A stretch of 64,000 bases of DNA from Octopus vulgaris (taxonomy: Eukaryota): contig OX597838.1 of NCBI GenBank assembly GCA_951406725.2, positions 35,154,001 to 35,218,000 on the forward strand. The letters run 5' to 3'. The translations under genes and the position numbers were made by a program. Shown in pieces: positions 38,426-51,167 of this stretch (its first letter is position 1; every line of letters starts with the position of its first letter). The notes below the pieces were generated by a model. That model saw only the letters and a list, made by a program, of their open reading frames with translations, was not told where the DNA came from and made no database searches.

Positions 38426-38990
38426 ATGTTTCTTCTGTAATAAAAGAGCCAGTAGATGTAGTGTGTTAGTGAATGAGTCAGTCTTTGACAATCAATCTCA
38501 TGGTTTTTCTCACTACGTAGTCTAGTATGTTTATACGTGTGTGTGTGTGTGGTAGCAGCAATGTTTTAGTTACTAAACCCCCTTCTCTTTCTTGGTTTAA
38601 TGAGGATGAGAAGATGCTTTCAATAAGATCAACACCAGTGCTTGGCTGATATTTTATTCACCCTGCCAATTTTGTGTGGCTAGCCACGTTCTCCATTCAG
38701 CTGATCAATGGTACTTGAAAACAGCCATGACTTGGGGACCACCTGTCGGAGAGTGTAAAAGGGATAGGCTGAAAATCACTTGGTGGAAGGCATTTCCTGA
38801 TAACTGACCCGAAGACAGTCAACATTATGTAGCATGAAGGAGCAAAAGTAGCAGCTGACCAAAGCCAGGGGAAGAAGCTTGCCATCCAATGTGCTGAGCA
38901 GCATAAGAGGCTTAAGCTAAAAAGAAAAAAGGCCAGAAATGTGAAAGTATATTCAACCAGAAGTGTACATGTGAGTAACAGCAACAGTGT

Positions 38991-39185
38991 GGAGGTGCAA
39001 TGGTCCAGTGGTTAGGGCAGCGGACTCACGGTTGTAAGAATGCAGTTTCGATTCCCAGACTGGGCATTGTGAGTGTTTATTGAGCAAAACACCTAAGCTC
39101 CACGAGGCTCCGGAGGGGTGGGGGTGGTGAACCATGCTGTACTCTTTCACCACAACTTTCTCTCACTCTTTCTTCCTACTTCTGC
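38991..39185 (+). mobile_element. Family-C tRNA-derived SINE, 5' part
   Basis: GGAGGTGCAATGGTCCAGTGGTTAGG A-box and GTTTCGATTCC B-box; homologous to 51168-51550. Confidence 0.85.
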
Positions 39186-39984
39186 TACAAAGCAGAGGAA
39201 CCATGGTGTAACCCACTATGTTGTGGTAAACTTTCAGACCCTAGACTAGATTGCGAATCCTCTGTACCCCAGGATGGTTCAGCTCTCCGCCCATTAAAAG
39301 CCACCGTTTATGCAGTGTGGATAACAATGTAACTTTTGTGCCCGTGCAACTGCCAGTCTATCGCATGTGGTGGGTGGATCTTCAAGTTGCCGCACGCATT
39401 CTTAGTAGCTTAGCGTAGGCTTGAATTAGAGATTATTCTTTGTGGCTAATGACATGAAGCCTGATTAGAAGAAGACAGCAACAGTGGTCCCAGATAACTG
39501 AGCAATACTTCCATATGAGTCACATGAGTATTTTATTCAAGATTGGCAATTGATCAGAGTGGAAATACATTTTGGTCCAGAAAACTCTATTGACATTATC
39601 CCATCACCTCTTCATAACATTAATGCATGAAGGGGCTGCTGTGCTACATATTTGGCATAGCTTCTGAAGCTGGGTGTTTTTCCTAACACCAACCACTTAT
39701 CATGAGTGGACTGGGAACATTGTATCATAGCACCGGTACTAAAGAGCTTGTCTTCTCAGTCATACATTGTTTCTATTCATTCACCAAACACTTGGCAGTG
39801 TACACTACCTTTTGTCATGATAACGGCGCAATCAATTACATCAGTTCCACTACTGGTCTGGTATTTTATTTTATTGAACACATAAAGAGGAGAGACATAG
39901 TCAACCCTGCTTGGATTTGAACCTAGACTTTAGATAGATAATAGTAAATATTGCATGCCATTTGTATGGCATTTTAGCAGTTTC

Positions 39985-40146
39985 AGGAGTGGCTGTGTGG
40001 TAAGTAGCTTGCTAACCAACCACATGGTTCCAGGTTCAGTCCCACTGCGTGGCATCTTGGGCAAGTGTCTTCTGCTATAGCCCCGGGGCCGACCAATGCC
40101 TTGTTGAGTGGATTTGGTAGACAGAAACTGAAAGAAGCCTGTCGTA

Positions 40147-40193
<47 letters not shown>

Positions 40194-40412
40194 TGTGTGT
40201 GTATATGTTTGTGTGTCTGTGTTTGTCCCCCTAGCATTGCTTGACAACCGATGCTGGTGTGTTTACGTCCACGTCACTTAGCGGTTCGGCAAAAAGAGAC
40301 CAATAAAATAAGTACTGGGCTTACAAAGAATAAGTCCCGGGGTCGATTTGCTCGACTAAAGGCGGTGCTCCAGCATGGCCGCAGTCAAATGACTGAAACA
40401 AGTAAAAGAGTA
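39985..40412 (+). mobile_element. Family-A SINE
   Basis: Close match to the other copies. Confidence 0.9.
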
Positions 40413-40743
40413 ATACTTTTGATTATGAGCTGTCTTGTTTATGCAACAATGTCTTCTTGCTCCTTCATTCCATAAAATGTCGACTGTGTTCAGGTCATTA
40501 GGAAATTCCTGCCACCAAGATCATGAGATCATGGTTTCAATTCCTAGACGGGGTGATGTATTGTGTTCTTGAGCAAAACATTTCATCTCACATTGCTTTG
40601 CGATCACTTCGACACCTGACATGTGGCACACAATGCACCCACTCAGGCACACACATTTGATCACTGTAAACAATTCATTTGTGCAGGTCATTCGGCAAAT
40701 GCTCATATGTCATCTTCGAAGGGAGAGTTCATCATATATATAT

Positions 40744-41353
40744 ATGAAGCACGACCTTTGAACATTAGGCCTCACCAAGGCAATGATTAGTGACCGAGAC
40801 CCTTGGAAATATGCTGTGCTTGAGAAGACCTGGCAAGCCAAGTGGGACCATAACCTGTGGCCTATGCCAGGGGTGCAACCAGCCCACTTATGCATACCTT
40901 TCCTTCATTGAACATTAAACTCTGCTTGCGAAGACCTGTTGAGGCAAGTGAAATCGAAATCAAATTCGATGACTGGCATCCATGCAAGTGGAGCGATAAG
41001 AGCACGATCCGAGTGTGATTGTTCGAGTGGGATCGTTACCAGCAGCACCTTTCTGCAAAAAACATTCGAGTGATATCGTTGCCAGTGCCGCTGGACTGGC
41101 TCCTGTGCAGGTATACATAAAAACACCATTTGAGCATGGGTGTTGCCGGTACCGCCTGACTAGCCCTTGTGCTGTTGGCGCATAAAAGCACCCACTACAC
41201 TCTGAGACTGGTTGGCATTAGGAAAGGCATCCAGCTGTAGAAACTCTGCCAGATCAGATTGGAGAGCCTGGTGCCGCCATCTGGTTTGCCAGTCCTCAGT
41301 CAAATCGTCCAACCCATGCTAGCATGGAAAGTGGATGTTAAACGATGATGATG

Positions 41354-41356
<3 letters not shown>
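40744..41356 (+). mobile_element. RTE LINE 3' fragment (end of ORF2 plus family-D UTR)
   Basis: gaagcacgaccttt...gaccgagacc...gagaagacc homologous to 2432-2520; (TGA)n tail. Confidence 0.8.
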
Positions 41357-41405
<49 letters not shown>

Positions 41406-41410
41406 ATATA

Positions 41411-41461
<51 letters not shown>

Positions 41462-42533
41462 TTACATGCATATATGTATGCATGTGTGTATGTATGTATA
41501 TCTCCATACATATATATGTGCGTGTGTGTGTGTACATAGCTGTATATATATATGTATTTCCAGCTATGCATATATGCATACCCAATCACTTTCACAATAC
41601 ATTTATTCAAAGTGTATCTATGTATTTCCAAATATGCATACTTATCTATATCTGTATCCATCCATCTATATATATATATATATATTGTATGTATGTATGT
41701 ATGGGTGCATACAACCTCTGGAGTTAATTATCACATTGTGAAAATGAATGACAAATCCAAAACGAAGAATCAGAAAAGTAATAAAGAAATTATGGAAAAA
41801 AAAAAAAAAAAAAAAAATTACAAATAAGTGAAAGACAACCAAATATGCTTTAAAGGTTTGGCTTTAAGTCTGTTTTCCTAATGTAATTAAATCCAGCTTC
41901 GTATTGTAAAGGAAAAATATGACAGGGAATTAAGGAGTGGAAGGAAATAACTTGGTTTCTTGACTTTGTTTTGAAGTTGCTTGGATGTTTGCAAATTATT
42001 CCATTCTCTTTTATTCTCCCTTTCTTTTTTCTTATTTCTCTAAACATTTCTGTTTATGCTTATATTTTTGGGGAAATATGTTGTCATTCTAGGAAATAGC
42101 ACATCTTTTCTTGCATTTGTTTCTGTTCAACTATCTGGCTTATTGGAACTAGTTAGATAGGATAGAATATCTTTTGTATCATATTTTCACTCACAAGTGT
42201 CTCCTCTCTTCTTTCATATCCCAACATAAATGACAAGGGATTATCTACGTAACTCGGATGGAACAAATAGCATGCAAGGGAAATTTTTGTTGTTGTTGTT
42301 GTTTGCAAGCCCTTGTTTAATGAGTTTCTTGCCTATATTTATATTTTTTACTGGTCTAAATCCCCAAAACTACATACACACCCTCTGCACAAAGAAAAAA
42401 ATTGGGTGCCATTATTTTTATCATGTTTGTTTGATCGACTGTTTGGGTGTCTTTTCTGGCATCTAAGGAAGTATTGAAGCCACAGGAAATCAAAGCTTCA
42501 TATTTTGTATGATACATGTCTACATATTTTTGA

Positions 42534-42689
42534 GGCATGGCTGTGTGGTAAGAAGCTTGCTTACCAACCACATGATTCCAGGTTCTGTCCCACTACATGG
42601 CACCTTGGGTAAGTGTCTTCTACTATAGCCTCAGGCTGACCAAAACCTTGTGAGTGGATTTTGTAGACGGAAACTGAAAGAAACCCATC

Positions 42690-42741
<52 letters not shown>

Positions 42742-42980
42742 TATATGTGTGTGTGTGTCTGCGTTTGTCCCCCATCATCTTTTGACAATAGTGTTGGTGT
42801 GCTTACATCCCCATAACATAACGGTTCAGCAAAAGAGATCAATAGAATAAGTACCAGGCTAAAAAGATTAAAATGGAAAGAAGTACTGGGGTTGATTCAT
42901 TCGACTTGAAATTCCTCAAGGTAGTGCCCCAGCATGGCTGCAGTCTAATGGCTGAAACATGTAAAAGATAAAAGATAAAT
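42534..42980 (+). mobile_element. Family-A SINE, older subfamily
   Basis: Diverged full-length match. Confidence 0.8.
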
Positions 42981-43244
42981 ACCTACAAAAGCATGCAACT
43001 CACTTATGTAATCATAGGCAGGTGGCATACCCCAACTTCTGGAAACCTTGCACTTTAATAAAATTTTAAAATACAAACACTAATTTCGGGATATGTTCTG
43101 TAATTCTGTCTCTAGGGAGTAACTCAAGTGGGTTTTAACAATTTTAAATCTGCATGTATAAAGATTAAATTTTTAGAAATGTTTAAGGCAGTGCTCCAGC
43201 ATGGCCACAGTCAAATGACTGAAACAAGTAAGAATAAAAGAATA

Positions 43245-43752
43245 TCGTCATCATCCATCATTTTAAATCTGGGTTTTGTCCCCGTTAATGAGGGTGGCTG
43301 GATCTACCTCAGTGCCATAGCAACTGCCCTCACACCTTACCATCTTGCCTGGCTTTGGGCGTCCTCCCTTCTCAAGCCAACCCTCCCAATCTCCTCCTCC
43401 ACATTTTCTTTGGTTGACCTCACTTTCGTGGTTCATTCACTTTGAACTCAAACACTCTCAGAACATGCTCCTCATCCCTCCTCAATGCATGCCCATACCA
43501 TTGCACTCCATTCACCCTTGCCAGCCGTTCCACTGATTTCTCCAATCCCAGCATCCCCATCAAGTCCTCAGTTTTCCTCCTATCAAACAGCTTCCCACCA
43601 TGCATTTCTCTCACCATTGCTCTCTCAGTCCTTCTCAAAATTGCTGTCTCTCTCTCTCCCTCAAACACCATGTCTCACTCCCATACAGCATTGCAGCTCT
43701 CACACAACTCCTATAGACCTTTCCTTTTATCTCCAATCAGAACCTTTTCCCA
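43245..43752 (-). mobile_element. RTE-clade LINE fragment (second family), frameshifted
   Basis: My translation VYRSCVRAAMLYGSETW, then ILRRTERAMVR...QWYGHALRRDE from the ORF track. Confidence 0.85.
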
Positions 43753-43756
43753 TATA

Positions 43757-44040
43757 TCATCCTCATCATCATCATTTAGCGTCCGCTTTCCATGCTAGCA
43801 TGGGTTGGATGGTTCAACTGGGGTCTGGGAAGCCAGAAGGCTGCACCAGGCCCAGTCTGATCTGGCAGTGTTTCTACGTCTAGATGCCCTTCCTAACGCC
43901 AACCACTCCGTGAGTGTAGTGGGTGTTTTTTACGTGCCAACCGCACAGGTGCCAGACGGGGCTGGCAAACAGCCACGGACGGATGGTGCTATTTACGTGC
44001 CACTGGCACGGTGGCCAGGCAAGGCTGGCAATGGCCATAT
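43757..44040 (-). mobile_element. Family D copy
   Basis: Close match to the 3' UTR at about 2850-3138. Confidence 0.85.
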
Positions 44041-44654
44041 AAACGCGAGAATGTGTTTTTCTTTATTTCTTACCCCTAGACTACATGGCTGGGAAGTAGG
44101 TTTCTCATGCACATAAATAATAATCATCATCATCCTTTAATGTCTGTTTTCCATGCTGGCATGGGCTGGATGGTTTGACCAGAGTTGACAAGGCAAACAG
44201 GAGAACTGCATCAGGTTCCAGTCTGATTTCGCTCTGTTTCTATGGTTGGTGCTTTTTTTTTGTGGTGCAAATACTGACCACATATATGTAGATACAACTG
44301 GAATAGCAAGATATATTGATCACTGATACAGATGGACTGTATCAGTGGTCAATAGGCCAATCTTGTCAGAGAGCCTTGCTTGGTTAACCTGAAAATTATA
44401 TAAAGAGTATGAGTGCCTTTCACTCTAATTCAATGAGTAGAGGGCTCAGTTGTTAACAACACATGGAATACTCATTGTTAATACCAGTGCTTGATTCTTT
44501 TGCATGTGTTTGTTACTACTGTTTAGCCCTAGGCCAGGTATGATCTAGTAGATATATGTTAAAAAATAATCTAGCCATGACGATCTCTCTCTCTCTCTCT
44601 TACTCTTTTATTTGTTTGTCTTTTGACTGTGGCCATGCTGGAGCACCACCTTTA

Positions 44655-44970
44655 GTGTTTCTACAGTTGGACGCCCTTCCTAACGCCAAACACTCCGAGA
44701 GTGTAGTGGGTGCTTTTTATGTGCCACCTGCACAGGTACCAGACGAGGCTGGCAAACGGCCACGATCGGATGGTGCTTTTTACGTGCCACCGACACGGGG
44801 GCCAGACGAGGCTGGCAACGGCCACAATCGGATGGTGCTTTTTACGTGCCACCGGCACTGAGGCCAGTCGGGGCGGCGCTGGCAACGGCCATGTTCGGAT
44901 GGTTCTCTTACGTGCCACCGGCACTGGTATCACAGCTACAATTTCCATTGATGTTGATAGATTTCGATTT
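44655..44970 (-). mobile_element. Family D copy with four ~62-bp repeat units
   Basis: Units begin ggtgcttttta(c/t)gtgccacc; the fourth is diverged. Confidence 0.85.
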
Positions 44971-45382
44971 CATATACATAATATATATGTCTGTATATAT
45001 AATATATTACCATTTGCTGTTGCATTGGACATTAGAAAATCAAATTATCTAATGAGTGTGTTTGTCAGAGGTGGATAGACTGGAAAAAATGACAACTGCT
45101 CTCTGTTACTAGAGGTAAGGGGTTGTACCCACTCACCAGATGTAACTCTTTCTCCCTTCCAGTAATAGAGAGCAGTTGCCATTTTTCCCTTACCAGCCAT
45201 GTCGGTCAAGTACACTTATTAAATAATCTGATTTCCTAATATCCTGTGTGAAGTCGATTTGTAAAATTGGCTGTAATGGCTCCATAATACTATATATATA
45301 TATGTATATATTGATTAATACATTGTCTCTATTAACAAATACACAAGTGCATATTGTTTTGACTTACAGATTCTTAGACAAC

Positions 45383-45422
<40 letters not shown>

Positions 45423-45429
<7 letters not shown>

Positions 45430-45640
45430 ATGCTGAAAAGTTTCTGGGTTTTGGATGAAGGAAAATTCAGGAGGATCTGTTAATTATGACTTTATTCAAT
45501 AGATTTCACTCTCAGATTCACACACTTATTTCAGCAGTCCTTCAATTTTTCTAAACCCTGTAAAAGAACTTGCAAGTTTAGGCCTCCAACCAGGCCTTTC
45601 ACAATACCCTTAAAGCCAGATACTTTTCACCGCACCCTCA
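45423..45640. mobile_element. Tc1/mariner-type MITE, copy 2
   Basis: Homologous to 7008-7216; sits between (CA)n and (TA)n. Confidence 0.8.
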
Positions 45641-45656
45641 TATATATATATATATA

Positions 45657-45999
45657 ATATGTGACAATTATTCGGTAGCCATGATATAATTCTGAGTTTC
45701 GGATGTCGGGGCAGAAACCCACGTTGGCATCTCTTTAGTTATCCGGCCATCGAAAAAATTTCCTGTAGGCGTCCATATTGAATTCTTCTGTGGGGCAAAG
45801 TCCTCAACCGATTTCTGGCGATTTTCCAAAATAAGCTGTATTAGCCCTTTGGGAAAAATAGCAGTGTACGGGAGGTAATTTATTGATAGAAATGGTAAGA
45901 CAACAAAAGAATGAAAGAGACCTTGATATTATGTAAATACAGGAATTTATCTGTAAATATATGTGACAATTATTTGGTAGCCATGATAAAACTCCGAGT
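45657..45999 (-). mobile_element. Retrozyme/Penelope pseudo-LTR-like unit: ~302-bp monomer bounded by 41-bp direct repeats that overlap a hammerhead-like motif
   Basis: Repeats 45657-45697 and 45959-45999. Minus strand 45743-45683: gataa-CTAAAGA-gatgcc...acatcc-GAAAC-tcag...; the second repeat gives the better-paired 3' half ACTCgGAGT-T-ttatc. Flanked by (TA)n. Confidence 0.6.
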
Positions 46000-46091
46000 C
46001 TATTAAAATATATATATATATATATATATATAAGTAGTAATATAATGTAAAACTTATAATGTAATACATGTCCTTGAAGTAGTAATTGTAC

Positions 46092-46126
46092 GCGGCTGAA
46101 GAAGGCTATAGACACACATGTACCGC
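46092..46126 (+). ncRNA. Decayed minimal hammerhead-like motif
   Basis: gcgg-CTGAAGA-aggctatagac-ac-ACATGT-A-ccgc. Stem I perfect, stem III palindromic, GAAA box mutated; island between (TA)n arrays. Confidence 0.5.
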
Positions 46127-46173
46127 TAAATCCTTTGCATCATGTTTTTATTTTGATTAATATATATATATAT

Positions 46174-46560
46174 ATCATCATCATCATCATCGTTTAACGT
46201 CCGTTCTCCATGCTAGCATGGGTTGGACGGTTCGACTGGGGATCTGGGAAGCCAGAAGGCTGCACCAGGCTCCAGTCTTATCTGGCAATGTTTCTACAGC
46301 TGGATGCCCTTCCTAATGCCAACCACTCCGTGAGTGTAGTGGGTGCTTTTTATGTGCCACCTGCACAGGTGCCAGGCGAGGCTGGCAACGGCCACGGTCG
46401 GATTGGTGTATTTTATGTGCCACCAGCATGGAAGCCAGTCGAGGCGGCGCTGGCATGGGCCACGAGTCGGATAGTGCTTTTTACGTACCACCAGACCAGG
46501 GATCCTGGCTGGTTCAATTCGATTTCGATTTCCCCAACATGTCTTCGCAAGCAAAGGGGG
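46174..46560 (-). mobile_element. Family D copy
   Basis: (CAT)n tail plus repeat units. Confidence 0.85.
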
Positions 46561-47330
46561 TTGGCATGGGTGCATATATATATGGGGTGCTGGTGCCGGA
46601 GAGTTCCTGGCTTATAAAATATTATTTTTATTATTTACAGATTTGTAAAATCAACACTGCTTACCAAAAAAACAAAACAAAAACAAAACATTGCACACAC
46701 ACACACACATATATATATATACATACATACATATATCCACATTCACATTCATTATTTCTATCTATTTCTTGAATGGAATGAAAAGTAGAAATTTGAAAAT
46801 AAAATACAAAAAGAAAAAGAAAGAAAAGAAAAAAGAAGCTGATGACAGGTAAATGTTTAGCCACTTTCAGATCTGATTCAGTAGACGTATGAACAAATGT
46901 ATGCCAGTCAAGACCATCTTGTCTATTCTCAAATCTGATCTCAAACTAAACAAAGTCTGATGACAGGTAAATAGTCTTTTATAAAAACTTCCTGTATTTT
47001 TTTCACCTCTCCACCTATAAAGAATCAATGTTTATTTCATTAATATCTGTAGATTTATATTATTTTTATTTTAATTCTGGGCAAAAGACATCTTTATCTA
47101 TTTTGCACAGCTGTCTGTATCATTTACATTATATAAGGTAGCAATGGAGAATACATAACTACAAAACGGGGAGAAATTTGGTTGATGATAATGGTATTAA
47201 AAACAGAAAAGAAAATTGAGTAACAAAAACATAAAAAAATGAGAGTAATAATCAGAATAAGACACTCAAAGAATGAATATAAATTAATGAAATATTTCCA
47301 ATTGTTAGTATATTTTTTTAGTGTGTGTTT

Positions 47331-47381
<51 letters not shown>

Positions 47382-47541
47382 ATTTAGTAATTGAATATTT
47401 TGTAATTATGTCCTTTCATTGCTAAAACTGGTTTTCAAAATTGTGGTCTTTGTCTCTTTTTGAACGCATTTTTTTCTTTTTTAAATTCATATACAAGAAC
47501 ACAAACATTGTAATTACCCACTTGTTCAAACTTAATTTATG

Positions 47542-47584
<43 letters not shown>

Positions 47585-48529
47585 GTGTGTGTGTATGTGA
47601 TTATATATGCATTTGTATAGATATGTCTATATATACATATATATGTTTGTATAGTTATGTTTACACACTCTTGTGCAGACATATCTGTCTATATATATGC
47701 ACACCTGCACACAAACACACACACGCATGCGTGTGCACCTATGTGTGCATATATATATATATGTGTGTATGTAGATGAAAATGGGAAAATGGATTTTCCA
47801 GCATTTTCAGTGATGAGTATTTCAGTTGTGCAATCAACTGAATGACATGCTCATTATATTAGCTTTATAAGTAACTGAGTATTCCACACCATCCTTAACT
47901 TGATACAGTGTGTGATAAAGCTAAGTACCAAACTTAAAAAATACTGTGGTAAATTTATTTGACTAAAAACCCTTAAAGGCAGTGCCCCGTGATGACTGCA
48001 GTTCAATATAGGAAACAAGTAACAGATAAATATGATACTTCATCACCACTTATATCACTTTCTAGCTCCAACCCATAACCTCTCTTGTAAAATGCTAGCA
48101 GTCATGTTGCTCTTCTAGAAGAAACCTGTTATGCTCTGGCCCTTTTTTACTCACCCTTTATCCCTCTCTACTCCTTGTTCTCCTCACATAAAGTCCCTTT
48201 GCTCCACCACTTGGGGCTCATAGTCTTACAAGCTGCATGGTGACTGCACTAGTGCTGGTGGCACAAAGGAAAATTTTAAAAAGTACCCAGTACATGCTGT
48301 AAAGGGATTAGCATTAGGAAGGGCATTCTGACTGTAGAAACCATGCCAAATAGACACTGAAGCATAATACAGTCCTTGAGCCCATCAGATCTTATCAAAC
48401 TGTTCAACCCATGTCAGCTTGGAACAGAGATATTGAATAATAATGATGTGGTGCATACAAATGCATGTACACAGATATACAGAGATAAATTTGCTTGAGA
48501 AATTTCATGAATGAATGTTTTATCTTTTA

Positions 48530-48885
48530 TTTTTGACTTGTTTCAGTCATTAGATAGTGGCCATGCTGTGGCACTACCTTGAAGAGGTTTTAGTTGAAAG
48601 AATTGACCTCACCCCCCCCCTACTTATTTTTTTAAAGCCTGGTACTTATTCTGTCGGTTTCTTTTATTGAACTGTTAAGTTAGGGGGATGTAAACCTGCT
48701 AACACCAGTAGTGGTGGACAAAGGCATATATACGTATATACAACAGGCTTCTTGTGGCTTCTGTCAACCAAATCCACTCACCCAAGGTTATAGTCAAAGA
48801 CACTTGGCCAAGGTGCCATGTAGTGGGATTGAACCTGAAACCATGTGATTGAGAAGCAAGCTTCTTACCACACATCCATGCCAAG
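48530..48885 (-). mobile_element. Family-A SINE, diverged
   Basis: Similarity to the other copies. Confidence 0.7.
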
Positions 48886-49487
48886 TTCATTAACATTCAC
48901 AGATATAATTACTTACACGCAAGCATAACTATAGCTTTGATGACGTCTTCTCAACTATTTGGCTTTGGGTTCCATCGCAATTTGTGTCACTTTGGACAGA
49001 CAAGTATCTTCTATATTGGCCTTTAATTGACCAGTGCTTTGTATGGAAACTGTACAAAAGCTTATCAAGTGTGTGTGTGTGCATGTGTGTGAGAGTGTGC
49101 ATGCGTGTTTCCATGTGTCTTCATGTTACCATGTGAATACAAGCATTAATATATTTCCGTCTTTGATAAACTATATACCCCACAGCTTGCATATTGCAAT
49201 TTTGTTGTGTTTGAAGGTCAGTGGAATAGAAATAATTACTTGAAAAACAAGTTGATGACAAGAAGGGCATTTCATGTATCGAAAAAAGAAAAATAATAAA
49301 TATAAGGATTATGATAACGAGGACATAAACAAGTAGTGTGTTTCTAGGTTTAATCACAAATTTACACACACACACAGAGCAGCTGCAACAGCAGAAGTAG
49401 TGAAACAGCAGCAGCAATGGTATCAGTAGCAACACAGTGTGGTCAATTCATATATTCTTTCTTATCTGACTGAACATATTGGAGATT

Positions 49488-49707
49488 GGATGAGCTGTCA
49501 GTTGGTTGGGCGAAATGCATAACCGTATTTCGTTTTTCCATTACGTTCCGAGTTCAAATTCCGCCGAGGTCAATTTTGCCTTTCATCCTTTCGGTGTCGA
49601 TTAAATAAGTACCAGTTACGCACTGGGGTCGATATAATCGATTTTATATGTTTGTCTGCCCTTGTTTGTCCCCTCTGTGTTTAGCCCCTTGTGGGTAGTA
49701 AAGAAAT
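49488..49707 (+). mobile_element. Family-B SINE
   Basis: Matches 15519-15745. Confidence 0.85.
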
Positions 49708-51167
49708 TGGTATTCTCTAAAATATTTTCAGTTCTGTCATCAAACGTCAAAGATCTTGCATGTTCACCTGTTCAGTATAGAACAGCAGCATCTCCGAGAA
49801 TTCAATCTCTGATTGAGTCCTCATAATTTACCTCTACCTCATTGTCTATCTCAACACCAGAGAAGGAAAAGATGTACCCACGTTGTTACTCTACACCTCA
49901 TTCAATGCACTACTGCATGCCATAGTGTGCAGTATCGTCCTAAGCTAGGTGCAGTGGCATTTTACCTCTGGAGCAACGTACCTAGTTGTTCAGTCGACTG
50001 CTTGCATGCTATAAGACTGTTTGATCAAAACCAACTTGGGGTGACACAACAACAAAATCTAGCCGTAAATAACTACTATGATGTTGTTGTTCTTGTTGGC
50101 TGGCCTCAGCTCCTTGAGTAATCCTCCTAAGCAATCCATAATTTTACAATCCCAAAACACATATATGATAGATGTAATGCCAGCCTGAATTTAACTTATG
50201 AATTTTGATTACAACACCATTGTTCTGTCTACTACAGTCTATGCCAGCAAGACTTGGAAGAGTTCTGTAAGGACAGATGCAAAACTAATTGTCTTCTATC
50301 AAAGGTTTCGCAGAAAGATTCTGAGGGTTAAGTAGTGGGGACCGTGGAGGTTCTGAGAAAAGTGAGGTTGCAGTCACTGCAAGAGATTGTAGCAAAGTGC
50401 TGATTAGTCTCTATCTAGCTGATTAGCAGCACTCAAAAACTACCATGACTTGAGTATCACTTGTCAGCAGGCATAAAATGTGAAGGCTGAAGATCGCTTG
50501 GCAGTGGACATTTCAAGATGACCAAAAGATAGCCAACACTATATGGAATGGATGTGCAAGAGTAGCAGCTGATTGAACCTAGTGGAGAAAGCTTGCTGCA
50601 CAATTTTCTGAGCTGCACAGGAGGAGCTAAAGCATGGCCATGTGAATAAAATGTGCTGTATGTAGTCTAAAGCTTCTGTTTTGGTCTGATGTCTGATATT
50701 TTGAGCATGTCTTCAGTCATAGTCTTATGTTGACCCAGGGTTTGTGATTAAAATTTGGGAGATGAAAAGGGAAATAAATTTACTGAATAGGAGGAAACAC
50801 ATGGAGGGAAGAGTCACTGAAGAGGTCACAAATGTGTAACGAAAATTTCCAGACTATGGACATAGGATAAAATAAGAACAAGAATGATTGAATAACGAAT
50901 ATATAGTGCATATGTTTAATTGGCAAAAACAAAAAGACTATCCCGAAATATTGAAATAAATAAATATATATATATGTGTGTGTGTATTCTCTCCTCACTG
51001 CTTGATAACTGGTGTTGATTAATTGACATCCCTGTAACTTACTAGTTTGCAAAAGAGACCAATAGAATAAATGCTAATCTTAAAGATAACTACTGGGGTC
51101 AATTTTTTTGACTGAACCCTTGAAGGCAGTGCCTTAGCATGGTTGCAGTTGACTGAATGAAACAAGT

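Noticed and set aside
44700-44930. CRISPR-like repeat-spacer look of the ~62-bp palindromic units
   Set aside because: The 'spacers' are homologous to each other, the array is part of an RTE 3' UTR, there are no cas genes and the context is eukaryotic.
46839-46972. Repeated CTGATGACAGGTAAAT 16-mer; possible C/D-box snoRNA or splice donors
   Set aside because: No terminal stem, no rRNA-complementary guide that I recognise and no credible upstream exon; treated as a short local duplication.
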